DNA of 10,262 nucleotides from Candidatus Methylomirabilia bacterium (GTDB lineage: Bacteria > Methylomirabilota > Methylomirabilia > Rokubacteriales > CSP1-6): NCBI GenBank assembly GCA_041497895.1, contig JBGQHJ010000163.1, positions 1 through 10,262 of the forward strand, given 5' to 3'. A program made the translations under genes and the position numbers. Each line of letters starts with the position of its first letter. Position 1 is the first letter of the stretch. Below the pieces are notes generated by a model, which was not told the DNA's origin, searched no databases, and was given only the letters and a program-made list of their open reading frames with translations. Positions 7,802 through 10,262 of this stretch are shown piece after piece.

Positions 7802-8407
7802 TCAGCGCCCGGGCGCGGCGTGGGCGCCCGCCCCGAGCGCGGCGATGCACGTCTCGCGAATGCGCCACACGTCCTCGAGACTGCGCCCGGACGTGGAATC
7901 CACGCGCGCGATCCAGTCGCGCAGGAACGCCCGGTGGAGGTCGTTCTTGTACGCGCCGATCTGCTCGACGGTGATGGGCTCCTCGTGCAGGAAGCGCGCG
8001 ATGGGCTCGGCCCCCGGTGGGACGCCGGTCATGTCGATGCGCTCGCCCTGATACCGCAGGTAGCAATGGGCTTCGGGGATGTACGACAGCCCGTGCGCGC
8101 CCAGCACCGGGCCGACCCCGGGTGTGTTCCGCTCGCTCATCTCGTAGATGCCGAGCATGAGCTGGACGTCGATCGCCTGCTCGCGGGCGAGCGCGGCCAG
8201 GGTGGCGTGCTTGGTCGTGCACGTCCCGCGCCCTTCGTCGAGCACGAGCCAGTACTTGCCTCGGTCGGTGATGCGCCCGTACGGGATCTGCCGAACATGC
8301 AGGGCGGCCGCCGCGAAGTCGTGCGCCCCGACGGCGCGAAATCGCCGGGTGACCGGACCGTCGGCGGCGAGCGGCCGGAAGGCGAGCTGGCCGAGCGCGT
8401 TCGCCAT
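7802..8407 (-). CDS. Conserved hypothetical protein with a transglutaminase/papain-like Cys-His-Asp triad, 201 aa
   Basis: C-terminal part of the 7802..8938 ORF from ATG 8407, 8 nt after the cyclase stop. Globular composition with VRQIPYGR, VLDEGRGTC63TTKH, PEAH114CYL, RID125MT. Confidence 0.8.
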   Translation of the reverse strand: MANALGQLAFRPLAADGPVTRRFRAVGAHDFAAAALHVRQIPYGRITDRGKYWLVLDEGRGTCTTKHATLAALAREQAIDVQLMLGIYEMSERNTPGVGPVLGAHGLSYIPEAHCYLRYQGERIDMTGVPPGAEPIARFLHEEPITVEQIGAYKNDLHRAFLRDWIARVDSTSGRSLEDVWRIRETCIAALGAGAHAAPGR

Positions 8408-8415
8408 GGCCCGGC

Positions 8416-9321
8416 TCAGAAGATCGCGAGCGGATGCGCCGGGGCGCCGGTCGCGCCCACCAGGCGCAGCGGAGTGGCGGTGAACAGGAACTCGTTGCGC
8501 CCTTCCTCGGCGCACGCCTTGGCCAGTCGCTCCGGATCCGAGTTGTCGATCAGGGCCAGGCCCAGGAACGGGATGGCCAGGTGGGGGGACATGCCGAAGC
8601 CCGGGTAGCCGCTCGGCCGCTCGTCCATCATGTCCCAGGAGATGCCCGCGATGTCCTTCTCGCGGAACCACTCGAGGCAGGAGAGGTGGAGCCCCGGGTG
8701 CTCGGAGATCCGCGGCTTCCACTCCGGGTTCTCGAGCCGGAACTTCTCGTCGCCGCTCCGCACCACCACCACGTCGCCCGGCTCGACCTTCACGCCGGCC
8801 CGTCGCTCCGCCTCGTCGAGCTCGCGCGGCGTCACCGGATGGCCCACCGTGACGTAGCCCTCCTTGCGGCCGGCCGCGATGTCGAGGAAAACGCCGCGGG
8901 TGGTGATCCCGCGTTCGAAGATCGGGTCGATCGGGCACCAGAGCGCGCCCTCGACGGTGAGGCTCTCCGCGAACGGCCGGCCGTTGTAGAGCTCGCCGTC
9001 CCAGCCCACGTGGCAGAGCGCGTCCACGTGGGTGATCCAGAAGCCGTGGTAGACCATGTCGAAGCGGTCGAGCACCACGTCCACCCGCTCGCGCTTGGAC
9101 GGAAACGTCATGTGGTACATGTACACCGGCCGCGGGATCACGTCCCGCGCGAGCGACACGGTGCGGCCCTTCTTGATCAGCCGCTGGGCCTGCGCCTGCT
9201 TGGCGGGCGTGATCAGGTTCACGGTGCCGAGCTGGTCGTCGTGCCCCCAGCGGCCCCAGTTGTTCAGCTCCTTGAAGTAGCCTTCGACGCGATCGCGGCT
9301 GGGCAGCGGGACAGCGGTCAT
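8416..9321 (-). CDS. Cyclase family protein (kynurenine formamidase-like metal-dependent hydrolase)
   Basis: 301 aa. NNWGRWGHDDQLGTVNLIT, metal motif HGFWITHVDALCH, TRGVFLDI, GDVVVVRSG, PGL, FLFTATPLRLVGATGAPAHPLAIF. SD AAAGGA 8 nt upstream of the ATG. Confidence 0.93.
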   Translation of the reverse strand: MTAVPLPSRDRVEGYFKELNNWGRWGHDDQLGTVNLITPAKQAQAQRLIKKGRTVSLARDVIPRPVYMYHMTFPSKRERVDVVLDRFDMVYHGFWITHVDALCHVGWDGELYNGRPFAESLTVEGALWCPIDPIFERGITTRGVFLDIAAGRKEGYVTVGHPVTPRELDEAERRAGVKVEPGDVVVVRSGDEKFRLENPEWKPRISEHPGLHLSCLEWFREKDIAGISWDMMDERPSGYPGFGMSPHLAIPFLGLALIDNSDPERLAKACAEEGRNEFLFTATPLRLVGATGAPAHPLAIF

Positions 9322-9349
9322 CGGACGGATCCTTTCTCCGGGCTCGGTC

Positions 9350-9766
9350 TCAGCGGCGGGCGCTGAGCCGGAAAGCCTGCGCCGAGGACGCGATGAACAG
9401 CAGCACCACGGGCTGCCCGAGCGCGTGCGCGTCCTGCCGCGCGAGCGACAGGACGACCCCCGCCGCGAACGCGGCCCACAGGCCCCACCGCCCCGCGCCC
9501 GCCCATCCGAGCGCGCGGGCCAGGCCCGCGCCCAGGAGCGCGCCGGCGGCCACGTTGAAGAGGAGCGAGGCGGCCACGTAGCCGGCGGGCAGGCCCGCCG
9601 AGGGGTCGAGGAACCTGGCGAGCCGCGGTCCCGGCCCCCACACCGCGGAGGCGAGGACCGCCCATCCGAGCGCCACCAGGTACGGCGCGACCGCCCCGCC
9701 CAGACCGGCCAGGAGCACGTCGAGGACGCCGCGTGGGCGGGACAACGTCAAGGCGGAGCTCCTCAT
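9350..9766 (-). CDS. Hypothetical small integral membrane protein (about 4 TM), 138 aa
   Basis: From ATG 9766 (MRSSALTLSRPRGVLDVLLAGLGG...). About four hydrophobic stretches; fills the gap between co-oriented genes and has a promoter-like element directly upstream. Confidence 0.7.
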   Translation of the reverse strand: MRSSALTLSRPRGVLDVLLAGLGGAVAPYLVALGWAVLASAVWGPGPRLARFLDPSAGLPAGYVAASLLFNVAAGALLGAGLARALGWAGAGRWGLWAAFAAGVVLSLARQDAHALGQPVVLLFIASSAQAFRLSARR

Positions 9767-9773
9767 GGCCTGG

Positions 9774-9782
9774 AAGGTAGCA
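9774..9782 (-). promoter_or_regulatory. Putative extended -10 promoter TGcTACCTT (probably leaderless)
   Basis: Minus strand: TG-C-TACCTT-ccaggcc-ATG, with 7 nt to ATG 9766 and no SD. Confidence 0.6.
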
Positions 9783-9814
9783 CGGCCGGGCCCGGGCCGG
9801 CACGTCACGAAAGC

Positions 9815-10262
9815 TCAGGGCACGACCACCGCGTCCAGCGGACGCCGCGGGCTCGGCGCGGCCGGGCGGGTGGGAAAGCCCATCCGGAACGCGAAGGTGG
9901 GCTTCCAGTCGGCCGCGCCGGTGAGGGCGCCGAGCGCGTCGGCCGCACGCGGCTCCCGCCCGAGCGCGCGCTCGCGGTCCACCAGCTCGACCGGCTGGTT
10001 GATCGGCTGCATGGCGAGGCCGCGGCTCACCGCGAGCAGGTGCAGGCGCTGCCAGAGGCGGCCCGCGCGAAGGGCCTGCGCGCGGTCGTAGAGATCCCGC
10101 ACCGCGATGAGGCCGAAGAGGGCGCTCGCCGGCACCTGCACGTCGCGGGTGGCGTCGAGCCAGTAGCGGTGGTTGGTCTCGGGTGACGGCGGGGGCAGCA
10201 TCTTGGCCGCCGCGGTCATCCACGCGGGCAGCCCGGCCGCGTCGAGGGTGGGGCCGTCGCGC
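9815..10262 (-). CDS. Acg-family / nitroreductase-like FMN-binding oxidoreductase, C-terminal part; 5' end lies outside the window
   Basis: Frame stays open past the track's ATG 10219 to the window end (RDGPTLDAAGLPAWMTAAAK...). Motifs AGRLWQRLHLLAVSRGLAMQPINQPVE and FRMGF...PSPRRPLDAVV match the Acg-type C-terminal nitroreductase domain. Confidence 0.85.
   Translation of the reverse strand, partial: RDGPTLDAAGLPAWMTAAAKMLPPPSPETNHRYWLDATRDVQVPASALFGLIAVRDLYDRAQALRAGRLWQRLHLLAVSRGLAMQPINQPVELVDRERALGREPRAADALGALTGAADWKPTFAFRMGFPTRPAAPSPRRPLDAVVVP

Noticed and set aside
8408..8938. N-terminal extension of the 7802..8938 ORF
   Set aside because: Overlaps the cyclase gene out of frame with Arg/Gly-rich sequence. 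ATG 8407 just after the cyclase stop is the better start.
9783..9802. GC palindromic stretch (cggccgggcccgggccggca) after the Acg-like gene as a terminator or operator
   Set aside because: No U-tract, and such all-GC palindromes are expected by chance at this composition. It lies in the promoter spacer region.
410..10223. Many long antisense or alternate-frame ORFs (e.g. 410..1348 -, 1881..4025 +, 4827..6272 +, 6371..8608 +, 8434..9366 +, 9318..10223 -)
   Set aside because: Shadow ORFs of high-GC coding genes, with biased composition and no recognisable motifs.
1..10262. CRISPR array, tRNA/rRNA, IS or prophage, or defence system
   Set aside because: The window is almost fully coding with gaps under 100 nt. 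No spaced repeats, transposase, integrase or nuclease motifs were seen.

Overview
Very GC-rich (roughly 70% or more by eye) bacterial window with no RNA genes, CRISPR arrays or mobile elements. The style of the substrate-binding protein suggests a Rokubacteria/Methylomirabilota-like organism, which is inference only. The left half is a split efflux locus: a partial RND periplasmic adaptor gene (minus strand, missing from the ORF track) is divergent from an OmpR-family response regulator, a sensor histidine kinase and a TolC/CzcC-type outer-membrane factor. The right half is a minus-strand run: partial Acg/nitroreductase-like gene, small membrane protein, cyclase-family hydrolase, uncharacterised Cys-His-Asp transglutaminase-like protein, family-5 ABC substrate-binding protein and hydantoinase A/oxoprolinase subunit. 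The best non-obvious signals are regulatory. A 19-bp motif CGTCTTCA(C/G)GATTCCTTCA (CTTCA-N6-CTTCA, 18/19 identical) sits at the -35 position of both the adaptor and the TolC gene and is probably the operator of the enclosed two-component system. Three genes have a TAnnnT -10 box exactly 7 nt before the ATG with no Shine-Dalgarno (a fourth at 9 nt), suggesting leaderless mRNAs.
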